A stretch of 64,000 bases of DNA. It comes from Guillardia theta CCMP2712. Its lineage: Eukaryota; Protista; Cryptophyta. The stretch is from NCBI RefSeq assembly GCF_000315625.1, contig NW_005434489.1, positions 1-64,000 on the forward strand. Reading direction: 5' to 3'. The translations under genes and the position numbers were made by a program. Every line of letters begins with the position of its first letter. The stretch's first letter is position 1. Shown here piece by piece: positions 39,901 through 53,423 of this stretch. A model generated the notes under the pieces. That model did not search any database and had not been told where the DNA came from. It saw only the letters and a program-made list of their open reading frames with translations.

Positions 39901-40373
39901 AATTCAAAACTACCACCGGTCCGGCATCCTCCTGCTTCAGCTTCCATCCCTCTCATCTTCCCCCGCTTCGTTCACGCTCCTCTCTCCCTCTCCTCTCTCA
40001 TTCACACTCACTCCCTTGTCTTGTTGTCCTCTTGTAACCCGCCTTCCTCGTTCCCTGCTCTCTTCTCCCTTATTTGTCGCGTTTGGCGAGCTCCATCTTC
40101 ATTCCCGCCTGGTTTCTCCTCTCCTGATTACTCGCACGCTCGGTCGAGCAAGTGCTTCAGCTGGTTAACATCTAGAACATCTCTTCTCTCGGATTCCTTC
40201 CATTTGTCTTCTCAAGTCATACCCTTCAGATCCCCAACTCTCCCAGTCTCAAAGTAGAGTCCCTGTCGTCCCCAACACCTCATTGCATCGTTGGCTGGAT
40301 CCAGAGGTTCGTCTACCACGGTTAGACGAAACAACAGATCATCTAGCTCAAAGCGTCTGCTTCGTCATTTTAC

Positions 40374-41170
40374 ATGACGTCACTTCGATCAGCCATGCAG
40401 GCTGGATCTTTACGTGAGTCTGAACTTGCACGTTGCGACACATTTGGTTCCTTGCTGATGAGGATTCAGGTTTCTCAACAGACCTCACCATGGGTGGGCA
40501 CGGGGTTGGGCTTGATCATGGCTTCGGACATGGAGGGGTATCGTTCCAAGTGTAGTTCGAGCGTGAATGATAGTTTGATCCAGGACGGAAAGGATGGAGG
40601 CGATGATGGATTGCACGATTCTGTTGTTAGTCAGGTGCTGCCCCTTCCTCCTGCCGATCCCTTCCTTCTAGCTTGCTCCTCTTCCACTAGAAGATGCAGG
40701 AAATCTCTTTGTTGGGGTCGTGACTCTGTCCTCGTTCCAGCAGGTTCCCGAACCCACCCAGCTGGTTGTGGAAGGGATTTTGATGAAACTCCTTGCTCAA
40801 TCCCCCGACGGAACCCTGATGTGCTGCGCCAATGATACGCAGCTGAAGTTTGTAGACTCAAGGTGTGTTGCATGACTGGCCCTTCTCCTCTGCCAGATTC
40901 TAAGAATGATCCTACAGATTTTTGAAACTTTACGAGACCACGACCCCTGGTCCGATCTTGGCAGCTTGCTTCCACCCTCAAAAGTATGAACTCTTCTTGA
41001 AGATTGACAACAGAACTTTGGTACAAGCACTCGAGAACTGATGTCGTGTTGCTGATCTGTTCATTCAGATCTTCGACCTCGCTACCAAGGAGTATCGAGC
41101 GCCGGAGGACACAGATACGATGATCCCGCCGGAGCCGTGGCAACCTCCTCCTCCCCCTCCCGGTAGGATT
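40374..41170 (+). CDS. Possible hypothetical multi-exon gene
   Basis: Regularly spaced GT..AG pairs with open frames between them; strand not certain. Confidence 0.25.
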
Positions 41171-41256
41171 GACGTCCCTCCTCGTCACCCAGAAGTGTGA
41201 CTGAACCGACCGTAGGCGCCATCCTCTCGCCGAACATGCCGTTGAGTGGTTTAGCT

Positions 41257-41796
41257 ATGTCCGGGGAGAAGAGGAGGTCTGGATCGGGAAGGCCGAAGGG
41301 CAGCAAGGACAAGACACAGAGGAAGGCGAGGAGTGCGGCAGCACAAGAATTCGAGAAAGAGGTGCTTGTGCTAGCTGCTGTGGCTGTGTCATGTTGTCTA
41401 ACTTGACGTGTTTCAAGGTTGTGGCTCAGTTAACTGCTTTCTGCGGGGATGACGCGTCCAAGTGGAACGCAAAGAAGCCTGCGATCGATGCTGTCAAAGC
41501 TTCCCCGCTATGGGACAGCTGGTCCAAGGCAGGCCTCAATGAGCAGCAGCTCGTGCAATTCGTACACAGACTGAAAACAAAGCGGATGGGGGGGAAAGAA
41601 GTCGGTGGACCGAAGGCAGTGGAGATGCCGACGATGAGCGCTATTCCTCCCGTGAGTCTTCAGATGCTGATGTGCTCTTGCTCACATGTTGTCGCAGTCG
41701 ATGCAACAAGTGGGTGCTCTGCAGCAGACGGGTTTCCTCCAGGCGATGCCGATCATGGGCCATCATCACATGTACAATCAGCGGGTGCCCATGTGA
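41257..41796 (+). CDS. Small AT-hook-containing protein
   Basis: SGRPKGSKDK AT-hook-like motif; two GT-AG introns; M/Q/H-rich tail. Confidence 0.6.
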
Positions 41797-42021
41797 AGGA
41801 GGCAGCTTGTATTCTTGTCCGCGTGCTGATGGCAGAAAGGCTCGCGAAGATCATCGGAGATGGCGGGTGGACTCCGCCGCCTGTATCATGACTTAAAAAG
41901 AATCGACAGAGCGTGTCGATGACGGTAGCTGGCAGAGCCAGGCAGCCCAAGTAGAGCGACTGCGACATTTAATGAATAATCTTACTCCGATCAGACACGG
42001 CGGCAAACTGAGACACGAGGA

Positions 42022-43305
42022 TCATTGGGCATAGGTCGGGAGAGTAGGAGGAGCAGGTCGGAGGGAAATCGTCAAGTCTTCCTCTTCTCCTCCCTCGCCG
42101 AAGCAGTTGTCCAGCTGGAAGGTGCTCCTGCAGCTGAAGTCCACCTGAGAGTTGACTGGGCCCGAGACTTCAAGAGAGGACTGCAGCTCGCGGGGAGGAG
42201 AGAGCGGGGCATGGCGGAGCTGGTCCACTTTCTTGGCAAGCGAGTGCATCTGCTGGCAGAGCTGGAGAAGGTGATTTTCAAGCGCATGGAACTCAATCTC
42301 TATCTCCTCGTTCTTCCTCTTCTGCACCTGCGTCATCAAGTTACACACGTCTCCTCCTGCTCTTTGCCTCACCTCCTCCGCCCTCGCAAGCTGCCTCAGC
42401 AGCTCCAGGTCGTTCCCTTGCCTGCTGGGCAGGGAGCACTTGACGTGGTTGAGGGCAGAGGTCACGTCCTGATGTATCTGCTGCTTCAGCCCCTTGCTCT
42501 GTTTGTTTGCGTTGGCCTGCAGGAAGTCACAGCGATCGAACGCCATCTTGACCTGCCGCAACCCCATCAGGCCTAGCAGGGGTCAACACAGTCAGACCAG
42601 CCGCTCAAGCTCTCCGATCTTCCCTTCCAGGTTCTTCTTCCTCTCCTCGTATAAGTCTGCGATAGCCGAGCTCCCCTGCTAGCAGCGTCATGGCGAGCAA
42701 GCGAACGCGTCTGCTGACGTACCTGTTGATCCGAGGAGCCTCCGACCTGTTTGCAGAAGTCTTGCAGGTAGTTCCATCGCTGAGAGCAAGACGAGTCCGA
42801 GCATCTACGATGCGAGTGAGCAAGAGCATGCTGCATCCTCCTCTCACCCTTGCGACGCTGCCAGCGCAACCGCCAGGTGAGCGAACGAGGATCGGAGAGT
42901 CGCCAGCTCCCTCCTCATCAGATTGTTTTCGTGCGTCACAAACTGCAGCCTCTCAATCATCTGATCCTCCTCCACTTCTCCTCCCCCGCGCTTTCTTTGA
43001 ACACACTCCTCCTCCTTCTCGCACAACTCCACAACACTATGCTTCTCCTCTTGACTGTTGTTCACCAAGAGCGACTCGTCCAGCCGCCTGTTCTCCTTGT
43101 TATCCTCCAACATTGCATGTTGCAGCGCAGACTCTCGGCAGCGCTCTGAGTTCTTGCTCTCGATGGTCTGCATGAAGGAGGTGATGCTCTCTCCCATGCC
43201 GCACGTCTGCACTCTTCGCTTCTTCGCGCTCGTCGCACTCATGTCGGTTGCTGACTCCTGTGTTCTGCTCCTCCTTCCTGACGGACTCCCGCTCATCCCT
43301 TCCAT
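42022..43305 (-). CDS. Coiled-coil hypothetical protein
   Basis: Heptad-rich exons, NLS-like AKKRR, GT-AG introns. Confidence 0.55.
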
Positions 43306-44078
43306 CCTTGTCGGCCTGACTGCTATGATCTGTCTCAGGTCTCGTGCAGCAGCCGCTCCCTTCTCACTGCCTCACTCGCTTCTCTCAGCTTCTCCTCGCC
43401 ATCTCCGACGTTCTTACCCTCCTCCTCCAAGGTGACGCTGCGGGTAGCAACGAAGAAAGTTTTGAATTTCTACACGCCTCAACACGTCAGCGAGGCGGAC
43501 TCACCGGAGTCAGTCCGACGGAACAGGGCCCGGGGGGCCGGGGGCAACCGAGTGAAATCAACTTAGGGGACAGTGACAGTGTTGGTCAACGGTTGATGGA
43601 CTGTATGCTGTAGCGAAGTAAGAGCAGGTAGGTGATTGACTTCTGAGATAAGAGTATCTATGAAGTAGAGTAAGGGATAGGGATAGTGAGAGAGAAGAGT
43701 GAGGAGAGTAAAGGAGAGGAAAGCGAAAGTAAGAGAGAAAGAGAAGAAAGTGAAAGAGAGAGGAGAGAAGGGAGAGAGAGGAGGGGGAGAGAGAAGAGAT
43801 GACCCCATGCTTATACACAGTACGGTCGTAATGGAGTACCGTTCCAGAACAGTTACAATTTATCAGTTTGGGCCCGGCAAGTCTGGGCTCTAATATATGA
43901 TCCATGTGAACCGTCAGTTGTAGTCAGTGTTGTAGTGATGAAAGTTTTGAGTGAAGAGAGCCGGACAAGTCACTGAGTTCCTTCAATGATCTGCTAAAGA
44001 ATACCATGACAACAAGTGAGCTAGGCTCGATGATCGCGGTAGCCGTCGCCTTCAGCAGAGGGTCAGCACGGGGTCACC

Positions 44079-45060
44079 TCAGCCTCTCCTCCTCTCACTC
44101 GCTCCAGTGATGCCGACCATGTCGAGGATGAACTTGTCCGGGCTCTCCGTCCAGCTGTGACCTCCGCCGAACATCATCTTCCTGTCCACCTGCCTCGCTC
44201 GCTGCACAACTTGAGCTGCAGGTGACAACCTCTAGCTGCCGCACCTCTGCCATCCTCGCCTCCCGCCGCCTGTGCTGGACCTGAGCTTGCTCCGCGTCCA
44301 GGCCTCCGCATCCCCACACCTGCATGCGGCTAAGGCAGCAGGCTTAAGGGGAAAGGCAGAGGAGGGGGAGGAAGAGGTTGTCGAGGAAGGAGGTCGAGGA
44401 GGAGGAGGAGGAGGTCAAGGAGGTCGAGGAGGAGGAGGAGGAGGAGGAGGAGGTCGAGGAGAGGTCGAGGAGGAGGAGGAGGAGGAGGAGGTGGTGGTGG
44501 TGGTGGTGGTGGTGGTGGTGGTGGATTAAAGCACCTCGACCACTGACAGATCGCTGTCAGGCGGAGACCAGGAGTCCCCTTCACTCTCAAAACCATCGCA
44601 CTCCTGTACAATAGATCAGCTCCGTCAGGTCCAAGTGATAGGATGAGGACGAGGACTGGAGATGTAGGAGAAGAGCAGCAGGAGGAGAAGAGCAGCAGGA
44701 GGAGAAGAGAAGCAGGAGGAGAAGAGGAGCAGGAGGAGAAGAGAAGCAGGGGGAGAAGAGCAGCAGAGATTGACGGCCACCATGTCGCCATCCCATGAGA
44801 TTCTCTCCAGCTCCTCGTCCACCCAGAGCTTGAGATGTCCGGGACTTCCTCCTGCTCCGATCCCCTTGGCTGGCCACGAGAACCTGCCTATCCCCGTCTT
44901 GGTGTTGAGGAAGGTGTAGAAGGGCTTCGACCCGGGCTGCTCAGTACCGTCAAGTTCCTCTGGCGAGAAGAGAGCGAGGAAAGAGAACGGGGCTGGGGTG
45001 ATGATGATGACGACGACGGCAACGATGATGATGATGATGATGACGATGATGATGATGATA

Positions 45061-45136
<76 letters not shown>

Positions 45137-45298
45137 CGACGACGACGACGACGACGGCAACGATGATGATGATGATGATGACGATGATGATGATGATGAT
45201 GACGACGACGACGACGGCAACGATGATGATGATGATGATGACGATGATAATGATGATGATGACGACGACGACGACGATGATGATGACGATGATATGAC

Positions 45299-45357
<59 letters not shown>

Positions 45358-47943
45358 GGAGGAGGAGGAGGAGGAGGAGGAGATGAGCAAGGAAGAGAAG
45401 GTTACTTTGGCGTTCTCATGAATCGCGCGGCAGACAGAGAAACGAGGGGCCACGGTCATGAGGATGGTCTTGCTGTCACCCTGCCGGGAAATAAACGAAG
45501 AGAGAGGGAAGAGCATGGAGGGTTGAGGTGAGAAGGAGGATGGAGAAGGAGGAGAAGGAGGAGGAGGAGGTCGAGGAGGATGGAGGAGGAGGATGGAGGA
45601 GGGGGAGGAGGAGGAGGAGGAGAAGGAGGAGAAGGAGGAGGAGACTTGTCCGGCTTGACCTGGAAGATGTTCGCGTCTCTCCACTCGCTCTCACTCAGAA
45701 TCCCAGCGACCCTCCCGTACTTGTCCTGCAGCAGCTCAGCACTCTCACAAGCCTTCCACGTCCCCCTGCTCACCTTGAACAAGCACAGGGTTGGGCCTCG
45801 GTAGCCGACAGTGTTGTTGGCGAGCCTGTTGACACTGCGAGGAAGGTGAGGAAGGAGGAGCGAAGAAATACCTTCCAACCTCTTCCCGTCCGCGCGCGAC
45901 GAGTACAAACGCTTGAGGTACGTGCGAGACGAGGGGGGAAAGAAGGAGCTGAGCAGGTAGAGAGCCTGTACGCCAAGGCATCAGCCGGCTAGTAGGAGGA
46001 GGGGGAGGGGGAGGGGGAGGAGGAGGAGCAAGAGACGTACATCAGGTGTTAGGATTTCACTCCTCTCCGTCAGCGCCGGGATCAGCTCATTAGTGATCTC
46101 CTACTCTAGCACTCAGTGGCCTCGAGACCCCAGCACAAGCCAAGCAGGACCTTGCAGAAGGCGAAATCCTCCAGCTCGTTCTCCTTCAACACTGCAAAAG
46201 TTCCGTCAGCGACTGACAGCCCGCAAACCTCCGACCAGCAGAGACGCAGTGGGCGAGCAAGCAGGCTCCGAGCACAGAGAGGAAAGAGGGTAGGTTCTTT
46301 TGACTCCACGCCTCGAGAGACTGAAAAGGGACAGTCAGCCTCCTGGAGATGGAAATGGAGATGGAGATGGTGATGGTGATGGTGATGTTGATGGAGATGA
46401 TGAGATGGTGATGGTGATGGTGATGGAGATGATGATGGAGATGGAGATGATGATGGTGATGATGGAGATGATGATGGAGATGGAGATGGAGATGGTAACT
46501 TTTCTAACTCCTCCCTCTCTCTCCCTCCTCAGCTTCTCTATGACATACCGAGAGTTTCTCTCCTGACTTCAACTGGTTCTTCGCGCGCGTCAATTCCACT
46601 CTTGCGATCCACTCGGCCTTCGGGTATGACGTCAGCACGTCGCTCCTTCAGCTGGTTCGAAGCACCATGCTTGAAGGGTCCAGCTCTCCAGCAAAGTTCG
46701 CCTCCCACTCAGCACTCGACAACCTCCTGGAGGGAAGGTGAGGGGCGAACGGGAGAGGCTCTGACAGCGCTGACTTGGTGTACACTGCGATCTTGGAGGA
46801 CAGAACTATCATGTCTTGCATCTCCGACTGCCGTATCAACTTCAGTCGTGCGTCCTGGAGAGACCTTTCAGCTGGGACCTTGCTGAGCTGATTTCCTCCC
46901 TTGTCCTTGTCCTGCGGTCCTTCAGTCGCAGACTGAGCCTCGCTCCCTCCCTCTCACCTCGTCCTTGAATACGTACTTGAGAAGCTCGCACCTGTCCTCC
47001 GATCGTGCAAACAGCAGCGCCCACACGAGGCTGACCTGAGGGAGGAGGTGAGAACAGGAGGTGAGAACATGAGAGCTGCAGCTGGCTGCTCTACAAGCTC
47101 GTCGTCGTCCATGTGAGGCGGTCGAGTAGCCGCGCTGTCCTGATCCACCTCGGAGTTCCGGCCAGACGACTCCTGTCGTGAAGTGATGAGAAAGGGAGAA
47201 GATAGGAAGAGAGCGAAGCGGAATGAGGGAGAGAGGACGGCGAGGAAGGAGAGTGAAGGAAGAGGGGGGGGAGAGAGAGAGGACGGAGAGGACGGAGAGG
47301 ACGGAGAGGAGGAAGAGAGGATTGGTGCAAGCAAAGGAGGGATGACCAGGGAGCGGGAATCTGCGGCGATGCTCTTTGCGAGCTGAAGCAGTCTCCTCGC
47401 GATGACTTCTGCTCTCTTTGATGGTACCGGGAGCTCGTCCAGTCCCAGCAGCTTGCGCAAGCCATCGTCTGCCAGGAGCTGAGCCGCGTTCAGAGGGCAG
47501 GAGGGCTCACAGCACAGGGACGGCCCTGCAAAGGCGCGGACAGCCTCGTACTCGTTCTGACTGAAGGCTGAGGAGGAAAAGGTCACGCGTGTGACGTGCG
47601 TGACGTGTGTCTGTCTCGCGCGTCTACCTGCTCTGATGAACTGAGGAGGAAGAGTTCTGATCCTGGGGATGCCTGCGAGGATCAGGTGGAGGGCGAGGGG
47701 AGCGGGAGAAGGAGGTACCTGCGCTCCTCTCACTACTGTATTCCACCCTGTGACTTGATCAGTCCAAACAAGACTGCAGAAGCTCCTCACCCCCCGCTAG
47801 ATGTTTTGCGCTTCGATGATTCCTGAACAAGACTATCAGCACTTGTCAATTCAGTCATCCTACAATCCTCCGATTCAAGGCAGGATTTGATATACTTTCC
47901 CACGGCAGAGTATCTTCCATCTTTTTGCATCTCATGACCCATA
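44079..47943 (-). CDS. TLDc-domain protein (MEAK7/Rtc5-like); 5' extent uncertain
   Basis: YSSRADG..SVNRL..VGYRGPTL, GIGAGGSPGHLKLWVDEEL, VVEV..WGCGG, C-terminal WTESPDKFILDMVG. Confidence 0.75.
44999..45380. repeat. Compound (GAT/GAC)n(GAG)n intronic microsatellite
   Basis: Visible; lies within a TLDc gene intron. Confidence 0.9.
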
Positions 47944-48245
47944 ATCCTGATAATTTCCATCCTCTCCTCTCCTCCTCACCTCCCTTCCTTACAATCCTTC
48001 TTTTCTCTCGTCTCCCTTAAACTCCTCTTCTCCCCCCTCCTCCTATCTTCGCCTTTCCTCCTGCCCTTCTCTTCCTCCTCCTCCTCCTCCTCCTTCCTTC
48101 CTTCCTTCCATCCTTCCTCCTTCCTCNNNNNNNNNNNNNNNNNNNNNNNNNNNNNNNNNNNNNNNNNNNNNNNNNNNNNNNNNNNNNNNNNNNNNNNNNN
48201 NNNNNNNNNNNNNNNNNNNNNNNNNNGGAGATGAATCAGGCATGG

Positions 48246-48590
48246 CAAGGCAGAGCAGGGCAGGGCAGGGCAGGGCAGGGCAGGGCAGAGCAGCGCAGCG
48301 CAGGGCAGAGCAGGGAAGAGCAGAGCAGAGCAGAGCAGGGCAGAGCAGAGCAGCGCAGGGCAGAGCAGGGAGAGCGAGCAGAGCAGAGCAGGGCAGAGCA
48401 GAGCAGCGCAGGGCAGAGCAGCGCAGAGCAGAGCAGAGCAGGGCAGAGCAGAGCAGGGGGAGCAGAGCAGGGCAGCACAGGACAGAGCAGGGCAGGGCAG
48501 AGCAGGGCAGGGCAGAGCAGAGCAGGGCAGGGCAGCACAGCGCAGAGCAGCGCAGAGCAGAGCAGGGAAGAGCAGAACAGCACAGCGCAG
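48246..48590. repeat. (GCAGA/GCAGG)n pentanucleotide satellite
   Basis: Visible tandem repeat beside a gap. Confidence 0.9.
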
Positions 48591-48894
48591 TGGAAGAGTA
48601 CCATTGACACTCGGTGTGCGCTGCAGCATTGGACTTGTAGTGAGTGACGTTGGACGTGTCGTCTGGGGTGACCGGGCGAATCTCTCCCTGTGGTTTCATC
48701 GTCGTCTGGTAAAGGATAAGGATCAGTTGCGTTGTAGAGTAATGGTCGCTCAGGGACGCAGAGACAGCAAGGGGACGAGGAGTATCGGAGGGCTGACGGC
48801 AGTCTGTCCTTGTAGAGAGAGGCCCTCGGCTGAGCTCTTGTGATGCCTTCCTTCAGTTCTCCTCAAGCTCGTCGTGTCCTTGTGTCTGGTTGTA

Positions 48895-49827
48895 GGTCTG
48901 CGGCATGTGATGACGCCGGGGGATCTGTCGGGCCAGAAGGCAGAGAAGAGGCAGGCGTTGCTCTCCTCTCTTCCTTTACCACCCTTCTCCTTCCTCTCCT
49001 CTCCTTCTCGCTCTTCTCATCAAACGCGTTACAGGAGCGAGCAAGCACAACGCGAGAATCTGCTTCACAATCTCCGCCACGTCAGTTGCTGCATGGAGCC
49101 TGCTCTGTGTTGAGCGAGCGACAGGACGTGTGGGTGCGGCTAGGTAGCAGCTCCGTTCATGGCGTCGGAGTGTTTGCCTTGAGAGATATACCTGAGGTGA
49201 CGAGAGCTTGAAGGTGCTGTCTAGATGACGTCAGGGTTTAGGGAACCGATCCCTTCCTCTCTGCTGGTAGAAGTTCATGTCAGGAAGGGGAGGACGAGGC
49301 TGTTGCGATCCCAGAAGGAACTCTTGCCTCTCTTCACCCAGGCATGTCGTCACCATACCGTCTGCTCTCGTCTAACCTGGGGGGCAGCGGTGAGATCGCA
49401 TGTGACCAGCTTCTTCAACAAGCACATCTGCAGTCTCCAGCACAGTCATTGCCATGATCTCATCGGCGATCTCGGAGGGACGGAGATGTCTGTGTGAGCT
49501 GTCCGCTCCTCCTTGCGTCGTCAGCTGACGAGCCTCAGGTACTCGGTGATCGCCGATGGTCCAAACAAGATGGATGTCTCTTTCTACATTAACCACTCCA
49601 GGCGGAGTGCAAACCTTGCTCCCTTCTTACCAGCAGGATGCACGTGAGAAAGCTAGACATTGCTGTATTCTGTGGATTGCGATGCGAATGATATCTGCCG
49701 CGATGAGGAACTGAAGGGATGGCTCAGGTGGTTCAGGTTCAAGACGACGAGGATGGTGCGGGAAGGAGAAGAGCTGTTCTTCGACTACCACGAGTTGGGC
49801 CAGGACGTGAGCTCGTTGAAAGATTAG
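48895..49827 (+). CDS. Compact stand-alone SET-domain protein; start uncertain
   Basis: VRLGSSSVHGVGVFALRDIPE|GTDPF, SFYINHS..AN, FKTTRMVREGEELFFDY. Confidence 0.8.
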
Positions 49828-50078
49828 TCTCGGAAATGTGAATATTTGAAATGACAACTATCAGATTAAAATATAGTTTATGATTGTTAAGATTAGGATA
49901 AAACTGTCAGGTCTTAAGAATATCCACCCGCGCTCCTTGCCGACGTGAAGATATTCACGTTTACATCAACGCGAGAAAGCAGCGTCGAGTTTCAGCAAGT
50001 GAGCAGCGAGACTGACAGTTCGCCATCACAACAGGATAAGAGAATCTGAAAGGAGAGGTGAAGAGAGGCAGCAGCAGC

Positions 50079-51330
50079 TCAGTCCCTCCTCTTCTTCTTC
50101 TTCTTCCTGCAGGCACCTCTCAGCTCTGGTGACCATGAAGCTCGACAGGTTGGTACCTTCCAAACTCATCGTACTCTTCATCCGAGTCATCTCTCCTCGC
50201 TTTGCTCGCGATCTCCTGCCTCTCGTAGTGTCCTACACTCCCGTCAGGACACAGCTAGCAACTCTTTCTCCAGCCCCACCTCCTGCTCGACCCTCACGTT
50301 TCTCCTCCGAGCCGCCTGGCTTCCTCATCCCGCAGATGTTGCAGGTGTCTCGTCGCGCCCAGTTGAGGTTCATGCACATGGTGCAATGCCAGTCGCCATC
50401 TTTAGGCGCCGGCATCTTCCCTCTCGGCTCTTCGGGGTTGACTTGCTTCATTCCTCGTCCTTTGGAAGGCATGGGGCCGGCAGAGGCTGGCCGCTGCGTT
50501 TGCACGGAGTGAGTAGGAAAGCGATGATCACGCAGATGATGAGGAGGAGGAGGAAGGGGGGAGGCTGGGAGGAGGGGGGGGCGAAGGGGTCAACGCACCG
50601 GGGTTCCACAACGGTTGCACTCCGATCTTCTAGCGAAGTTCATGTTGGTGCAACTGTGAAAAGCAGAGGCACCACCATCACTCCGAGCATTGTGCAACAT
50701 CCCAACTCATTCGCGCAGACTCATGACTGTTTCACAAGACAAGGTACGAGGGTTTGCATAGAAGCCAAGGACACACACAATCATTACTTGGGATTCGGGC
50801 ATGGCCAATCGCCGTCTGAGAACACGTATCCCCTGCCACTTCCTCTTCCCCGGCCCCCGCCTGCAGACGAGTCAGTGTGTCCGTCCGAACCTGAGCCGTC
50901 TCGGCCGTCGGGGTATGCAGCTGCTCCATCGCTGTAGCCCGAAGATTTTGAGTCAGGGTAAGATCCTCCCCCTCCCCGGCCACGGCCTCGTCCACTGCTG
51001 CCTTCCGGATAGATGCCGACTCGATCGGGAAAACTCTTTCCTCTCCCCCTCCTTTTGCGCTCATGTCAGGAGCAGGACTCTGCAGTGCTTCCCGCTGCTC
51101 ACCCGTATCCACCTTGTTCCGACGGGTGTTCAGGATAGCGGCTGGGACCGGTTGGATATCCTGTGGGATAGTCCGCCATGGATGTAGACTAGGAAAGTAA
51201 TCATCAGAATGCAGGCGGGGTTCGTACCAAGTTCTATGGTCAATCCTTGACGAGCACTATCTCGTTTTCATATAGACAAGCAATGAGCAGCATTCTGATC
51301 TCAATGCTTACAACGACTTGTCCTTGCTGC
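50079..51330 (-). CDS. RanBP2-type zinc-finger RNA-binding protein (ZRANB2-like) with RGG region; start uncertain
   Basis: GDWPCPNP..CTNMNFARRSECNRC and GDWHCTMCMNLNWARRDTCNIC; tail EYDEFG.KKKK. Confidence 0.85.
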
Positions 51331-52235
51331 ATATCATCTCCTCGCCCCTAAAGGTCTTTTGAACGTTTCTCTGATCCTGCCTCTACTTTGCGATCGATAT
51401 CTACTCTTGCTTCACAGCCTCCTGCCATCATACCTCTCTTCCCCGCTATTTCTCCCCATTCCTCTCCATTCTGTCCCCTCCTCTCTTGTCCCACAGCTTT
51501 CCCGCTACAAAATCTCCTCTCCTTCTCCTTCTGATCACTCCCTTCATCTCTTGATCTCTTGATCTCTTGATTTCTACATCTCTTCATCTCTTCATCTCTT
51601 CATCCCTTTCCATGGCTTCTTCGCTCCATTCCCCGCTCTCATTGTTTTTTTCTACTTCCTCGCCTCGCGTTCACAGCACCACCCCATGAAATGTACCCCT
51701 TCATTTTCCCTCATGAGTACCGGTCACCTTGTCGAAATCCCCAACCCCGGGCCCGGGCCCGGGCCCCGTGACCCGGTGACCGGCGCCAATCATTGGCCGC
51801 CGCAGTGAGTGCTGCCGCTCACTGGCACCGTTGCGGCACACTGGCTCCGAACTCCCCGGTCAGTACCGTAGTAGCCCCGCCATGATGCCCGGAGGGGAGA
51901 AACTTCGGGCAAGTTCCGCTTTCGGATCCGCCCCCTCCGCGGCAACCCCCCGGGCCCGGGCCATTGACTCAAGTTGACATCGGAAGTGGCCGGGCCGGGC
52001 GAGTCCGACGGTCCGATTCAAGATTGAATGGACTCGAAAACTTATTTTGAGCCCGCCTCATCGGGTCTGTTCACCGGCTGGTGTGACTGCGCGCAGGAGC
52101 CGTACACCCACCTCATGTACTAGAAAACCCAGTCAGAGGTAGGGGTCATAGTCATCACCCCCCCACCAAACCAAAAAAAGATCCTCCGCATTTCCTGCAT
52201 CCACAAACTCTTGGATTCCCGCCAGAAATCATACC

Positions 52236-53423
52236 ATGCTGTGTACGAGGGTTCTCCTGCTCCTGCTGCTCCTCCTGCTCCTCCTCCTCTTCTTTCCCCT
52301 GCTCACCATCCCTACCGCCTTGATCGCCTTCGCGGTGCCTCCTCCTCCTCCTCTTTCCCCTGCTCACCATCCCTACCGCCTTGATCGCCTTCGCGGTGCC
52401 TCCTCCTCCTCCTCTTTCCCCTGCTCACCATCCCTACCGCCTTGATCGCCTTCGCGGTGCCTCCTCCTCCTCCTCTTTCCCCTGCTCACCATCCCTACCG
52501 CCTTGATCGCGCCTTCGAGGTGCTCGAGCAGCATCCAGGTTAAGTCTGTCCAGCGAACAGCAGCTTACTTGCAAAACATATCGTCAGAGCAAGAGAAATC
52601 TTGCCAAGAAATAACAAGCAAAGTGAGAAGGTACTTGGTATTGCTCGGGAACTACGGAAATGTGAGATGGAGATGGAGAAGCTGAGGAATGACAAGGACA
52701 TGAAGATGAGAAGACTTGAGAAGAAGTTGCTGAGGATGAGAGGGATAAGGAAAAACGGGTCGTCAACTGCTACAGGCAGGAGCTATCTTTCCTCACCCAA
52801 CGATGAATGTCTTTTCTACGAGCGCCTGTTGCTGACGGATCTACTACCGCAGACAAGTGCCAGAGTGCTTGTTCAGAAAAGCAACCTACATGATCCGTGA
52901 GAGTCAGGACAAGCAGATCCGATCATTGGTGGAGAAATTACCTGCAAACCATGCTAGACGTATCAACGCAGGAAATCCCCCAATGACTTTCATGAATCGA
53001 GTCCTCGTCAATTACAACCACTTAAGACGGGCAATTTTCAAAGAGATTGGGATCTCGTCAAATCTGATGATGCCTCGGTACGAGAATGGAAGTCAGTCGT
53101 CAGCTTTTGCGTATCTCAGTGACAACGTACATTATTCACAGCTGAGAGGACTCCCACAACTGTTTGTCTGCGAAGGATCACAAGCTGTGAATCAGGATAA
53201 TGCAAAATTCTTCAAAGAGTACGGAGAGGCTTTGAACAAGGATATTGCTTACTATCATGAACCGTAAGGACGTCAGACTCAGGTTCTCAGGCTGTGGAAA
53301 AGATATGCCTGGGGACTTCTTCGACAAACCGAGCAAAATGATCGAGTGTCAAGAGTCCTAGGAAAACTTTCGGAACGAAAGGGCAGAATCAACCTTGTCT
53401 TTGCAGTCTCGGATTACTACTAG
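52236..53423 (+). pseudogene. Disrupted paralog (copy A) of the 54374-55259 gene
   Basis: ELRKCEMEMEKLRNDKDMKMRRLEKKLLRM matches copy B; shared intron 52776-52852; frameshifts near 52600 and 52740; stops at 52443 and 53265. Confidence 0.75.
52290..52509. repeat. 61-bp tandem repeat, ~3.6 identical copies
   Basis: Units start CTTTCCCCTGCTCACC at 52292, 52353, 52414 and 52475. Confidence 0.95.

Noticed and set aside
44835-45386. Poly-Asp / poly-Met / poly-His proteins
   Set aside because: (GAT)n microsatellite inside an intron of the TLDc gene
47976-48699. Cys-rich ALLC/ALPC repeat protein
   Set aside because: Translation of a pentanucleotide satellite that is open in all frames
52290-52509. 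Possible CRISPR array
   Set aside because: Head-to-tail identical units with no spacers
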